From Candidatus Sodaliphilus aphodohippi (GTDB lineage Bacteria; Bacteroidota; Bacteroidia; Bacteroidales; Muribaculaceae): a stretch of DNA of 56,050 nt. The translations under genes were made by a program, and so were the position numbers. The stretch's first letter is position 1, and each line of letters starts with the position of its first letter. Of the stretch, positions 40,408 to 50,052 are shown piece by piece. The stretch spans positions 1-56,050 of the forward strand of contig JAGHSV010000034.1 of NCBI GenBank assembly GCA_018065665.1, in the 5' to 3' direction. The notes under the pieces are model-generated. The model searched no databases. It had not been told where the DNA came from and saw only the letters and a list, made by a program, of their open reading frames with translations.

Positions 40408-41715
40408 TTAGTCGATTTCCTCGTCGGCCTCGTAACCGCCCATCTCGCGGATGGCGTTCTTCAGCATTACGTACTGCTGGAACAGGTGGTTAACGGGTAC
40501 CTCACCCTGGGTGTAGTCATGCTGCGGGCTCTTCAGGAAGAAGCTCAGGAAGCGCTGAGTGCCAACGCGGCCTGCACGTGCAGCGAGGTCCATCAACAGA
40601 CACAGGTCGAGGCAGAGGGGAGCTGCCAGGATAGAGTCACGGCAGAGGAAGTTGATCTTGATCTGCATGGGGTATCCCATCCAACCGAAGATGTCAATGT
40701 TGTCCCAACCCTCTTTGTTGTCGTTGCGGGGAGGATAGTAGTTGATGCGTACCTTGTGGTAGTAGTCGGTGTACAGGTCGGGCTGCTCGTCGGCAACGAG
40801 GATAGACTCGAGTGTAGAGAGCTTGCTGACCTCTTTTGTACGGAAGTTAGCGGGCTCGTCAAGTACAAGACCGTCGCGGTTACCAAGGATGTTGGTAGAG
40901 AACCAGCCGTTCAGACCGAGCATGCGAGTGCCGATGATGGGAGCGAAACCGCTCTTAACCAGTGTCTGGCCAGTCTTGAAGTCCTTACCGGCGATTGGCA
41001 TCTTAACCTCTTCGCAGAGTTCCCAGATAGCGGGGATGTCAACGGTAGTGTTGGGGGCACCCATGATGAAGGGAGCACCTTCGCGCAGAGCTGCGTAAGC
41101 GTAGCACATTGAGGGGGCGATGTTAGCGGTATCGTTGTCCTTCATTGCCTTCTCAAGGTCGGCCAACTTGTAGTGTACGTCCTTGTTGGGAGCTACATAA
41201 ATCTCGGTAGATGCTGCCCACAGAACAACAACTCGGTCAACGCCAGACTCTTTCTTGAAGTTGCGGATGTCCTCGCGAACCTGTTCCATCATGTCCCAGC
41301 GATCCTTGCAGGTCTTCACGTTGTCACCATCGAGGCGCTTTGCATAGTTCTTGTCAAAAGCGGCCTTGAGGGGCTTGATAGCCATGAGTTCGTCCTTAAC
41401 GGGGTTGATGTCCTTCTCTTTGAGTACCTCGGCGTTGATAGCGCTCTCGTAAGCGTTTGCGGGGTAAACGTCCCAAGCTGCGAAGACGATGTCCTTCAGG
41501 TCAGCGATGGGGGCGATGTCCTTATAGGGTAAATATTTCTTTTCGGCACCACGACCAACACGAATCTTGTCGTACTGAGTCATTGAGCCAACGGGTTTGG
41601 CGAGGCCTTTGCGGGTCATTAAAACACCTGTCATGAAAGTGGTGCTAACTGCACCGAGTCCAACAACCATAATACCGAGTTTTCCGGTAGCTGGTTTTAC
41701 GTTTGAATTTGCCAT
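40408..41715 (-). CDS. ino1: myo-inositol-1-phosphate synthase
   Basis: GLGAVSTT, VLWAASTE, GKDFKTGQT, NILGNRDG, DNKEGWD, CRDSILAAPL. Confidence 0.96.
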   Translation of the reverse strand: MANSNVKPATGKLGIMVVGLGAVSTTFMTGVLMTRKGLAKPVGSMTQYDKIRVGRGAEKKYLPYKDIAPIADLKDIVFAAWDVYPANAYESAINAEVLKEKDINPVKDELMAIKPLKAAFDKNYAKRLDGDNVKTCKDRWDMMEQVREDIRNFKKESGVDRVVVLWAASTEIYVAPNKDVHYKLADLEKAMKDNDTANIAPSMCYAYAALREGAPFIMGAPNTTVDIPAIWELCEEVKMPIAGKDFKTGQTLVKSGFAPIIGTRMLGLNGWFSTNILGNRDGLVLDEPANFRTKEVSKLSTLESILVADEQPDLYTDYYHKVRINYYPPRNDNKEGWDNIDIFGWMGYPMQIKINFLCRDSILAAPLCLDLCLLMDLAARAGRVGTQRFLSFFLKSPQHDYTQGEVPVNHLFQQYVMLKNAIREMGGYEADEEID

Positions 41716-41975
41716 AATAAAATTTTTAAATCTATTATATTGATAATTTTATGTTTTCTCCTTGTTCGGTTGAGAAATATTGTTCAAAGTTATATCCTTT
41801 TTTTGAACTACCAAAGCAAAAAAACACTCAAAAATGATAAAAGTACCTAAAAAATTGTGTTAATATGTAATTTGTGTTAAATTCGCCTTAAAATAACACT
41901 ACAATGTTAACATATATAAAAAGGGGTAAATGCGTTTTTCACCCTTTTTGGGGCATTTTTGTACTGTTTTGCGTG

Positions 41976-43406
41976 TCAATTCTGTTTGCTTGCCGGAAGG
42001 GCATCGATGAGCATGCGGCTCATGTTGTCCTTCAGCGTGCTACGCTCGCAACTGTAATTGTTGGCAAGAATAGCCCAAACCACCTGGGGCTTGTCGGCAG
42101 GATAGTAACCCACAAAACACTGTACGTCGCTCATGCTGCCCGACTTCAGTTTGATGCTGTCGCACAAGACATTGTTACCGAGTACCGACCCTATGCGACG
42201 ACCGGCGCTTGGCATGAGATCGCACAGGCGCAGGGAGTCGGTGCCATATTTGCGTTCAGCCATGTACCGCAGCATCTCGCAGAAGGTACGCACCGAGTTT
42301 TTGTTGGCTCGCGCAAGACCGCTACCGTCCAGCATAAACAAGGCCGAATCGTCAATGCCACGGTCGCGCAACATTTGCTTTACGGCATCGGCACCGGCAT
42401 AGTCAATGCCCATTTCGCCACGCTTGTATGAGCCCTGGCGTGACCCCACTGCACGCAGCAGGGCATGAGTGAACATGTTGTCACTGCGGTCCAGCAGAGA
42501 GGTGATGATGTCGGTAATCACTGGCGAATAGTGGCTCAGCAGGACCGCATGGTCACCTTCACCACTCTCGAAAGTCAACTCCCTGTTTTCAACCTTGATG
42601 CCGGCTTGCATCAGGGCTGCTTCGACCTCAGCCTTCAACATGAGGTCGGGACGCGGGTTGGCTATGGTATAGCTGTGGTTTCCGGGGTTGGTCTCACCGT
42701 AGAGGACGACAGCCGAGTGCCCGTAGTCGAGGCTTGCACTCCAGTTGTTGCGGCTACCGCTGTGCATCATGTTGGTTATCTCGACTCCCGGCACCTGGGG
42801 CGACAGCGTGAGATTGTTGATATTGCCCTGAGGGTCAACGTTGAATTTGACTGTAACCAGGTTGTCGCGGTAGTTAAGACCATGAACGCCCGCACCGTAG
42901 TCCTCGGCAATATCACCGATGTCCCACCAGCTGCTGTATGCGGGATAATTATAGAAAGATGCGTCAACGATAATCCGGCCCTGGATTTCGGTGATGCCGG
43001 CATTCCTTAACGAATCTATGATTTCGCCAATGATATTGTTTTTAGGGAAATACTGGCTGCCCAGTGTGGGGTCACCGTAGCCGGTGATAATGAGGTTACC
43101 CTTAAGTTTGTTCCCATCAATCTCGCCGATGGTGTGGACTACGGTCTCAAAACGGTAGTCCCCGCCCAGCAGTTCAAGGGCGGTGGTCGATGTCACGGTC
43201 TTCATTGTCGATGCCGTGATGACCGACAGGTCAGGGTTGTATGAGGCAATCACGTTGCCGCTGTCAATGCCCATAATCATCACACCCAACGACGCGTGAC
43301 GCATGGTGTTGTCCAGCGCAAAACGGTTAACGGCTTCCTGAGGGGTTATGCCCCATGCTGTAAATGCAATGGCAAACTGCAAGGCAAGCAATGCTATTTT
43401 CTTCAT
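41976..43406 (-). CDS. dacB: D-alanyl-D-alanine carboxypeptidase/endopeptidase (PBP4, S13)
   Basis: ASTMK (SxxK), GDPTLG, SDN (SxN), DGSGL, KSG; start MKKIALL at 43406. Confidence 0.92.
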   Translation of the reverse strand: MKKIALLALQFAIAFTAWGITPQEAVNRFALDNTMRHASLGVMIMGIDSGNVIASYNPDLSVITASTMKTVTSTTALELLGGDYRFETVVHTIGEIDGNKLKGNLIITGYGDPTLGSQYFPKNNIIGEIIDSLRNAGITEIQGRIIVDASFYNYPAYSSWWDIGDIAEDYGAGVHGLNYRDNLVTVKFNVDPQGNINNLTLSPQVPGVEITNMMHSGSRNNWSASLDYGHSAVVLYGETNPGNHSYTIANPRPDLMLKAEVEAALMQAGIKVENRELTFESGEGDHAVLLSHYSPVITDIITSLLDRSDNMFTHALLRAVGSRQGSYKRGEMGIDYAGADAVKQMLRDRGIDDSALFMLDGSGLARANKNSVRTFCEMLRYMAERKYGTDSLRLCDLMPSAGRRIGSVLGNNVLCDSIKLKSGSMSDVQCFVGYYPADKPQVVWAILANNYSCERSTLKDNMSRMLIDALPASKQN

Positions 43407-43413
43407 GTTGCTG

Positions 43414-44037
43414 TCAATATTTGATGGTGAATTCAACGAGGTTGGCGGCAATGCCGTCGGCAAGATTGATGAGCGAGCACAGCGGATAACGGTCGCGTGC
43501 CGTGTTCAGCGAGTTTTTCTCTTCGGGGCTCTGGAACGGCAGGTCCCATGCCGCCATGTGCCAGCGTATGGCAAGCAGGTCCTCCTTGGTGATGTCAAGA
43601 CCGCCCCACAGGGCCATCATGGCCGACTTCTCGCCATGCCCCAGCGGCAGGTTGCTGTAGTCGACGTCCCATCCGGGTTCTTCGGTCCAGATGCCGTTCA
43701 CCTTCACTTTCTTGATGGCTGGCACATAGATGTCGCTCTTGCAGATGTCATGCAGCAGCGACGCGATGATGACACTGTCGCGCGGCAGTTCGGGCTCGAG
43801 GTCGGGGCGCATCTTGATGGTTACCTCGCGCAGTTCGAGCGCGGCGTGGCACACGTTCAGCGAGTGCTGCAGCAGCCCGCCCTCCTCGTTCAGGTGGAAT
43901 CGGGTACTTGCCGGAGCGTTGAAAAAGCGGTTCTTACCATCATCAAGATACTCAATCAAGTCATCAACGCCCTCGCGTCCAGTCGACTTTAGCAGTTCAA
44001 TAAATTCCCTTTTGTTTGCTTCAATTTCGATTTTCAT
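43414..44037 (-). CDS. HD-domain protein (YhaM-like HD)
   Basis: APASTRFH...GGLLQHSLNV, LLHDICK, GHGEKS, AIRWHM. Confidence 0.85.
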   Translation of the reverse strand: MKIEIEANKREFIELLKSTGREGVDDLIEYLDDGKNRFFNAPASTRFHLNEEGGLLQHSLNVCHAALELREVTIKMRPDLEPELPRDSVIIASLLHDICKSDIYVPAIKKVKVNGIWTEEPGWDVDYSNLPLGHGEKSAMMALWGGLDITKEDLLAIRWHMAAWDLPFQSPEEKNSLNTARDRYPLCSLINLADGIAANLVEFTIKY

Positions 44038-44145
44038 ATTGGCAATAATAAGTTTATGTTTAATTCAACCCATGCATATCTAAATGCTGAATCCAAGTGA
44101 CAGAATGTAGTTGAACAAATCTGTCAGGTATTTTCTTTGTTGTTG

Positions 44146-44334
44146 TCATTGTGCACGACCATTTTCTTCCTTAACGCCAATCACGACATAACCACCAGTA
44201 TCTTCAAAGTCATTGGCAAAGGCACAGATTGTGCGATAGATGGTGTCAGGATTCCATCCTTCCTTGTAATCAAGTCTGTTGCTCTCCACTGCCTTGCCGT
44301 TGAGCAGGTCTTCTATATTAATGTGCAATGCCAT
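44146..44334 (-). pseudogene. Truncated AlbA_2/Schlafen-type DNA-binding domain gene remnant
   Basis: [25 protein letters not shown]...GGYVVIGV then stop at codon 63; this family is normally several hundred aa. Confidence 0.75.
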
Positions 44335-44380
44335 AATTTGTTTTTAACTATTTCTACACCACAGCTATATCGTCCAATTG

Positions 44381-44707
44381 TTATTGTTGTCGTTTGTTTT
44401 TTCGCCATTGTTCAAAGTGTCGGCGCTTTTCCAGGTAGTCAAGGTCGCGCTGGTGTCGGTATGCTTCGCGTTCAAACGAGATGTTGCGGTAGGCATTGCC
44501 GCGCATCAGCAACCGTACCAGCCACTCCAGCACATATATAACATAAAACGGCAGATAGCCCAGTTCGCGCATCTGAGCAGTGTGGATTCGTTCGTGGTTG
44601 ACAGCCTCGCTCGACAGGTAGGCACCCGAGCGCACCACCAGCACGCCCAGTACGTTCATGGCCAGAAAGCCTTTTAGCGGAAACCTGTTTGACCTGATAA
44701 TTTTCAC
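44381..44707 (-). CDS. Small conserved hypothetical protein with HExxH motif
   Basis: NHERIHTAQ, AYRNISFEREAY; GTG start at 44707 chosen because TAACTTTG lies at 44713-44720. Confidence 0.7.
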   Translation of the reverse strand: MKIIRSNRFPLKGFLAMNVLGVLVVRSGAYLSSEAVNHERIHTAQMRELGYLPFYVIYVLEWLVRLLMRGNAYRNISFEREAYRHQRDLDYLEKRRHFEQWRKNKRQQ

Positions 44708-44751
44708 GACTGCAAAGTTACTGATTTTTACTCTCCCGTGCAAGACAAGGG

Positions 44752-45288
44752 TTAGAGTTCCAGTATGCGAACCTCGGCGTTCTCCAGTGGTTTTACCATG
44801 CGTGGCGACAACCCGAAGTGGGCTGCAATCAGGTTGCGGGCAAACAGCCCGTGAGTGACGACTACGGCACTGTCGCCATGACAGGTTCGGGCAAGAGCCA
44901 GCAAGGCATCTTTGGCGCGTTGGTAAACAGCGTCCTCGGTCTCGACCGTGTCGGGCGGGAAGACCCATTCCCCGTCATGCAAAAAGCGTTCGCGAGCCTC
45001 GTCAATCGGCATCCCGTTAAATTCGCCCCAGTCGCGTTCACGCAGCAGCGGCATCGGCACAATCGGCAAATGCAGTTTGGAGGCAATGATGCCGGCCGAG
45101 TCAATTGCGCGTTTGAGGTCGCTCGAGATGATTTGGCTACATGCCGCTTTCATCTCTACAAGTCGCTTTGCGGCCTCGGCAACCTGTCTGCGCCCCTCGT
45201 CGGTGAGCGTGCCGGGCAGTTGCCCCTGCAGCACGTGACGGTGGTTCTCCTCGGTCTCGCCGTGGCGAACAATATACAGTGTCGCCAT
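44752..45288 (-). CDS. Histidine phosphatase family protein
   Basis: RHGET, SSDLKRA, LRERDWG, VTHG. Confidence 0.92.
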   Translation of the reverse strand: MATLYIVRHGETEENHRHVLQGQLPGTLTDEGRRQVAEAAKRLVEMKAACSQIISSDLKRAIDSAGIIASKLHLPIVPMPLLRERDWGEFNGMPIDEARERFLHDGEWVFPPDTVETEDAVYQRAKDALLALARTCHGDSAVVVTHGLFARNLIAAHFGLSPRMVKPLENAEVRILEL

Positions 45289-45290
45289 GA

Positions 45291-45815
45291 TTACTTGATC
45301 CAGTAAACGTAGTCGGCCTTGCGCGGAGGTGCTGCCACAGGCCCTTCCTGTGCGCTGTAACCCAGCACGCAGTGCCCTATGCCTTCATACTCGTCCTCGA
45401 TGCCCAGGCTGCGCAGTATCTCGCGTCCCTCGGTGCTCTCGAACTCCTCTTTGGCGCGATGAATCCAGCACGAACCAATGCCCAGGCTATGGGATGCCAG
45501 CATCAGGTTGCCCATCACCAGCGATCCGTCATAGATAAAGGTATTGACATCTTTCTTGGCAAGTACAATCAGTACGACGGGTGCGCCATAGAACGGGTCG
45601 GCAGTCGTGCCCAGCACGTCGGCATTCATGCGTGACAGACGGTCGCGCATCTCTTTGTTGGTAACTGCGATGATGATTGGGGCCTGGCGGTTGCGTCCTG
45701 TTGGGGCATAGGTGCCGGCCTTAACGATTTCTTCGATCAGTTCCTGTGGCACGGGGCGGTCGCTGAAGTTGCGAACGCTGCGGCGCGTAATCATGTTTTC
45801 AATAACGCTATTCAT
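45291..45815 (-). CDS. Nitroreductase family protein
   Basis: RRSVRNF, APTGRN.Q, LGIGSCWI. Confidence 0.92.
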   Translation of the reverse strand: MNSVIENMITRRSVRNFSDRPVPQELIEEIVKAGTYAPTGRNRQAPIIIAVTNKEMRDRLSRMNADVLGTTADPFYGAPVVLIVLAKKDVNTFIYDGSLVMGNLMLASHSLGIGSCWIHRAKEEFESTEGREILRSLGIEDEYEGIGHCVLGYSAQEGPVAAPPRKADYVYWIK

Positions 45816-45821
45816 AAATTA

Positions 45822-46454
45822 TTATTTGTTTTGGGTTTCGATAAAATCTTTCAGGGGTTGGAACCAGTCGGCCTGCTCGGTGACGTGGAACGAGGGGATG
45901 CCGACTGCACGTGCGCCCTCGATGTTGCGCATGCTGTCGTCGATAAAAATGGTCTCGCTGCGTTCCATGTTGCCCAATGCCAGTACTTTCTCGAAGATGG
46001 CGGCATCGGGTTTGTATTCGTGCAGTTCGTTGCTGCAGTACAGGGTGTCGAAGTAGTGATGGATGCTGTGGCCGTGTCCGTCAAAGTTGTCGCTGCGCGC
46101 CCAGTTCTGCACAAATGCGTTTGTGTTGCTGAGCATGCACACGTTGTAGCGTTCCTTGAACCACAGCAGGTGCTGCAGGCGTTCCAGCGGCACGTCGCGC
46201 ACAAATCCGAGCCAAGCGTTTTGCACTTCCTTATAAGTCAGCTGCCGGTGGCATTCCTGCTCCAGCTGGTCGATGAACTCATCCTCGGTGATTAGCCCTT
46301 TTTCCAGTTCAAGGAAAAAGCCGCGCTGCCCGTGGTCGCCGGTAAAGTCGCGTACGTTGACAAAACCCAGTTGCTCAAACCGTTTGATGGGTTCGCTGAG
46401 TGGATTTTGGCTGAAGATGACGCCACCGAAGTCAAACAATAGATTCTTTATCAT
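45822..46454 (-). CDS. HAD family phosphatase (YihX-like)
   Basis: FDFGGV, LSNTN, KPD..IF, FIDD. Confidence 0.9.
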   Translation of the reverse strand: MIKNLLFDFGGVIFSQNPLSEPIKRFEQLGFVNVRDFTGDHGQRGFFLELEKGLITEDEFIDQLEQECHRQLTYKEVQNAWLGFVRDVPLERLQHLLWFKERYNVCMLSNTNAFVQNWARSDNFDGHGHSIHHYFDTLYCSNELHEYKPDAAIFEKVLALGNMERSETIFIDDSMRNIEGARAVGIPSFHVTEQADWFQPLKDFIETQNK

Positions 46455-47128
46455 AACGAGTAATTGCTTATTTTGTGGCCAGAGGCGGCCTCAAAGTGAT
46501 ACTTTACAATGCCGAGGTCGACATGGGTATAGCCAACCAGCGAAAATCGCGCCGTGGCGGCAACTTTACCCGAGGGTTCCAACGTGAAACGGAACTTTTG
46601 CTGGTTGACGGCGGTTGGTGCCAGCAGGGCAGCCTTGACGCCATTGACAAACCACTCGGGGCTGTCGGCAGTGACGTTGCTCACGTCACCGGCTTTTTTG
46701 ATTTTGTGGGTAGTGCCGGCTGTGCTGCCGTAGCCGATTGAAATCACAGCCACAACTTTCTCGCCCTCGGCGAGGTTGAATGCACCGGGTATCTTGCTGT
46801 AGGTCAGCCCCACCCAACAGGTGTTGAGACCCATCATCTGTGCTTCGAGCACCAGGTGCTCGCCATAGTATCCGACACGCTCGTCCAGGTCTTCGCTGCG
46901 TTGTCCGGCCATGACGATGTAGTTGGTCACACCGCTGAACTTGCCGTAGCGCGCCATGCGGCACGGGGAAGCCTGCGGTTCGTTGGTGACCAGTTGGATG
47001 TGGAGGCGGCCATTGGCGTTGCAGCGGTCAATCTGCTGTTGCAGTGCGGATATAGTCGCGCCGTCCAGCGGTTTGCCGGTGTAACTGCGCACCGAGTGCC
47101 TCGATTCTATGGCTTCAAGCAGGGTCAT
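46451..47128 (-). CDS. Nitroreductase family protein (two-domain type)
   Basis: RHSVRSY, GLNTCWV, APTAVNQQ, DLGIVKYHFE; ATG at 47128. Confidence 0.88.
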   Translation of the reverse strand: MTLLEAIESRHSVRSYTGKPLDGATISALQQQIDRCNANGRLHIQLVTNEPQASPCRMARYGKFSGVTNYIVMAGQRSEDLDERVGYYGEHLVLEAQMMGLNTCWVGLTYSKIPGAFNLAEGEKVVAVISIGYGSTAGTTHKIKKAGDVSNVTADSPEWFVNGVKAALLAPTAVNQQKFRFTLEPSGKVAATARFSLVGYTHVDLGIVKYHFEAASGHKISNYSL

Positions 47129-47226
47129 GGGTTTACTTGCCAATTTTGATGAGTTTGTTTTTTTCCCGTTTTTAAATATCAAACAAATTTACAAATAATT
47201 TCCGACATGAGGGGATGATTACCGGG

Positions 47227-48360
47227 CTATAAAACATATTCAAGATAGTTTTGGGGAGTGACAACATGGGTTTCTCCGGGGTTGTAGGCATTGATGAACG
47301 ACACGGGTAGCGTTGTTTTTGCTTTTTTCGGATTCCATTTTAACTCAAAAGCCGCGATGTGGCCGTTCGCCTCTTCGATATAGTCAATCTCTTTTTTGTC
47401 GGTCGTTCGCCAGAAGTAGGAGTTGACTGCTCGGCCGGCATAGCGATTGGCCTTGATTCTTTCGGCTATAAAGAAATTTTCCCATAATGCCCCAGTATCC
47501 TGTCTGTATTCAAGGGGGGCAAAATTCCTGATGACGGCGTTACGGATGCCGTTATCATAGAAATATATCTTTTTGCCTTTTGTGAGCTCGGTCCTGATGT
47601 TACGGTTGTAGCTGTTCAGGGCAAACACAACATAGCATTTCTCAAGCAGGTCTATATATTTCTCAACAGTTTTCCTGTCAATACCGACGGTCTTTGCCAG
47701 CTCGTTGTACGAAACCACACTTCCAACCTGCAGCGCCAGTACCACAACCAGTTTGTTCAGTACCGACGTGCGTCGCAAGCCGTCTATCTCCAGAATGTCT
47801 TTGTATAGGTAGCTATCGGCAAGTTCGGTCAGCATCTCTTGCGGTTCGTCACCCAGTAAAACTGCTGGATATGAGCCATAAATCAATCGTGATTCAAACG
47901 TTTCATTAACCCCAATCAGACCCTGGTTGTCATAGATCTCCTTTGTTGAGAGAGGAAACAGGTGCAGAGTTGATTTTCGACCCGTCAACGGTTCGTTGAT
48001 GCGATTGCGCAGTTCAAAAGCCGATGAACCGGTAACAAGAAGGGTGACATCGGGCATATTGTCAACAATAAGCTTAAGTGTCAGGCCAATGTCATTCACC
48101 CTTTGCGCCTCGTCAATAACAACCGTCTTATTAGAGCCGATGAGCAACTCCAGATTGTGCAGGTTTGTGGTCTGTACTGCGTCGCGCACTTCTTGACGGT
48201 CACAGTTAAGCCACAAAACTTTTGCATCGTCGCTGGCAAATCGGTCAATATACTGATGCAGCAGGGTGGTTTTCCCCACTTGCCTTGCTCCAATCAGCAG
48301 AAGGGCTTTCCCGGGCTTTGCCTTTTGGCTGATTGTCATTAATAAATCTCGCTGAATCAT
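47227..48360 (-). CDS. AAA ATPase with DUF4143-type C-terminal domain
   Basis: GARQVGKT, IDEAQR, TGSS, EPLTGR, YFYDNG, GALWEN, YFWRT..KEID; ATG at 48360. Confidence 0.9.
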   Translation of the reverse strand: MIQRDLLMTISQKAKPGKALLLIGARQVGKTTLLHQYIDRFASDDAKVLWLNCDRQEVRDAVQTTNLHNLELLIGSNKTVVIDEAQRVNDIGLTLKLIVDNMPDVTLLVTGSSAFELRNRINEPLTGRKSTLHLFPLSTKEIYDNQGLIGVNETFESRLIYGSYPAVLLGDEPQEMLTELADSYLYKDILEIDGLRRTSVLNKLVVVLALQVGSVVSYNELAKTVGIDRKTVEKYIDLLEKCYVVFALNSYNRNIRTELTKGKKIYFYDNGIRNAVIRNFAPLEYRQDTGALWENFFIAERIKANRYAGRAVNSYFWRTTDKKEIDYIEEANGHIAAFELKWNPKKAKTTLPVSFINAYNPGETHVVTPQNYLEYVL

Positions 48361-48444
48361 AATTGAATCAATGAATTGTTTTTCGGTGGCAAAATTAGTG
48401 CTTTTATTTTGTTTAGCAAGCAAAAAAACAAGAATAATTTGCTC

Positions 48445-48510
48445 GAATTCCCAAAAATCACCAATATTTTGGGAATATAATCCCAAAAATCATTAATATT
48501 TTGGGAATTC
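48445..48510. repeat. Two tandem palindromic units upstream of the ATPase
   Basis: TCCCAAAAATCA-NN-AATATTTTGGGAAT present twice. Confidence 0.85.
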
Positions 48511-48566
48511 ATGGTCGATAGGCTATAGAAACTACATAGGTCTTATGCAGCCCTTATCTCTTCTTG

Positions 48567-48965
48567 TCAGTTGATGGAGATGAGGTGGATTTCGAAAATC
48601 AGGGTTGAGTAGGGCGGGATGCCGGGGCAGCCGCGTTTGCCGTAGGCTTTGTCCCAGGGGATGTAGACGGTCCACCGGTCGCCCTTGCGCATCTTGCACA
48701 GCGCTGCACTGAAACCGTTGATGAGGTCGGCAACGCGGAATGCCTCGGGGCAGTTGCGCTGCCACGAGTCGTCAAACACCTTGCCGCTGATGAGCGAGCC
48801 TCGATAGTGGCAGGTGACCACGCTGCGCATGTTGGCGGTTTTGTCGCCCTCGCCGTTTTCCTCGCCGCGGTAGTATATGCCGCCACCAATGAGTTCGACG
48901 CCTTCTTGCCGGGCGATGTCGGCCATGAACTGCTCGTTGCGGGCCTTATATTCCTCTTTGTTCAT
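48567..48965 (-). CDS. FKBP-type peptidyl-prolyl isomerase
   Basis: HYRGSLISGKVFD, LINGF, YIPWDKAYG, IPPYSTLIFEI. Confidence 0.93.
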   Translation of the reverse strand: MNKEEYKARNEQFMADIARQEGVELIGGGIYYRGEENGEGDKTANMRSVVTCHYRGSLISGKVFDDSWQRNCPEAFRVADLINGFSAALCKMRKGDRWTVYIPWDKAYGKRGCPGIPPYSTLIFEIHLISIN

Positions 48966-48967
48966 AG

Positions 48968-50035
48968 TTACTTGTATTGTCGGATGCGTACGTCAATCTG
49001 GTCGTTCTTCAGCAGCTCGGGAACCCGATTGATGTCGGTCTGGGCATAGTGGTAGGGGAAGAGCACCTTGGGTTTGACGATGCGGGCAGCATTGGCCACC
49101 TGCTCGGGAGTCATGGTGTAGGGCAGGTTGCACGGCAGGAATGCCACGTCGATGTCGTTGATGTCGGCCATCTCGGGGATGTTCTCGGTGTCGCCGGCTA
49201 TATAGATGCGCATGCCGTCGATGGTCAGCACAAAGCCGTTGTCGCGTCCCCGCGGGTGGAACTGCTGCTTGTCGGCACCGGTGTTGTAGGCCGGCACGGC
49301 GTCAATCTTGACGTCGCCGACAGTCAGCGAGTCGCCGTTGGCCATCACGGTGGCGTCGGTCACCCCTTTCAGCGCGGTGGCGCAGTTGGCATTGGCAACC
49401 AGTCGTGTGCCGTCCTTTGCCAGTTGTCTAACCGCGTTGGCGTCGAGGTGGTCGCCATGTTCATGGGTAATCAGGATTATGTCGGCACGGGGCATCGTGC
49501 TGTAGTCGGTAACCGGCTTGACGGCGGTGGTCACGGGATCGATATATATCCACTTGCCGTCGAAGTTGATAGAGAGCGTGCCGTGCTTGATGGCATCGAT
49601 ACGGACCAACTTTCCTCCCGGTGTGGCAAAGATGTCGGTCTCGATGGTGGTCACCGGCCGCTTGGCGTCGTTCCATCCGATGATGCCCGACTCCAGTTCT
49701 ACGATGTCGAAACCCCGCGCCGCCAGCACTTGGGCGGCTTTCTTGCTGCGTCTGCCGCTACGGCAGTACAGCGCGACTGTCTTGCCGGTGGGCAGTAGAG
49801 CCATGGCGCGTTTCTCAAAGTCGGTCTGCTTGACGTCGATGTTGATGGCGCCGTCAATGTGTCCCTCGGCATATTCCTCGGGGGTGCGCACGTCCAGCCT
49901 GACAATGTTGTTGTCGGCGATGGTTTTCTCGAACTCGGTAACGTCAACGCTCTTGAACGCCGCGTTTTGGGCATTGCAACCAACGAGGGCGCACAGCGAG
50001 GCAAACAGTCCCATAACCAGTATCCTTATTTTCAT
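48968..50035 (-). CDS. Rhodanese plus metallo-beta-lactamase-fold fusion, probably exported
   Basis: N-terminal LVGC signal; DVRTPEEY..GHI.GA and YCRSGRRS (rhodanese); THEHGDH, AGDT, PYHY (MBL). Confidence 0.88.
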   Translation of the reverse strand: MKIRILVMGLFASLCALVGCNAQNAAFKSVDVTEFEKTIADNNIVRLDVRTPEEYAEGHIDGAINIDVKQTDFEKRAMALLPTGKTVALYCRSGRRSKKAAQVLAARGFDIVELESGIIGWNDAKRPVTTIETDIFATPGGKLVRIDAIKHGTLSINFDGKWIYIDPVTTAVKPVTDYSTMPRADIILITHEHGDHLDANAVRQLAKDGTRLVANANCATALKGVTDATVMANGDSLTVGDVKIDAVPAYNTGADKQQFHPRGRDNGFVLTIDGMRIYIAGDTENIPEMADINDIDVAFLPCNLPYTMTPEQVANAARIVKPKVLFPYHYAQTDINRVPELLKNDQIDVRIRQYK

Positions 50036-50052
50036 ATTAGAATATTTAACTC

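Noticed and set aside
43414-44707. Prophage remnant (HD protein, AlbA fragment, HExxH protein)
   Set aside because: No structural, terminase or integrase genes; the HD gene is tightly coupled to dacB
47227-48486. ORF-track N-terminal extensions (also 43463, 44968, 47182, 52685, 8611, 13158)
   Set aside because: The extensions run through promoter elements or neighbouring genes; downstream starts match the family N-termini
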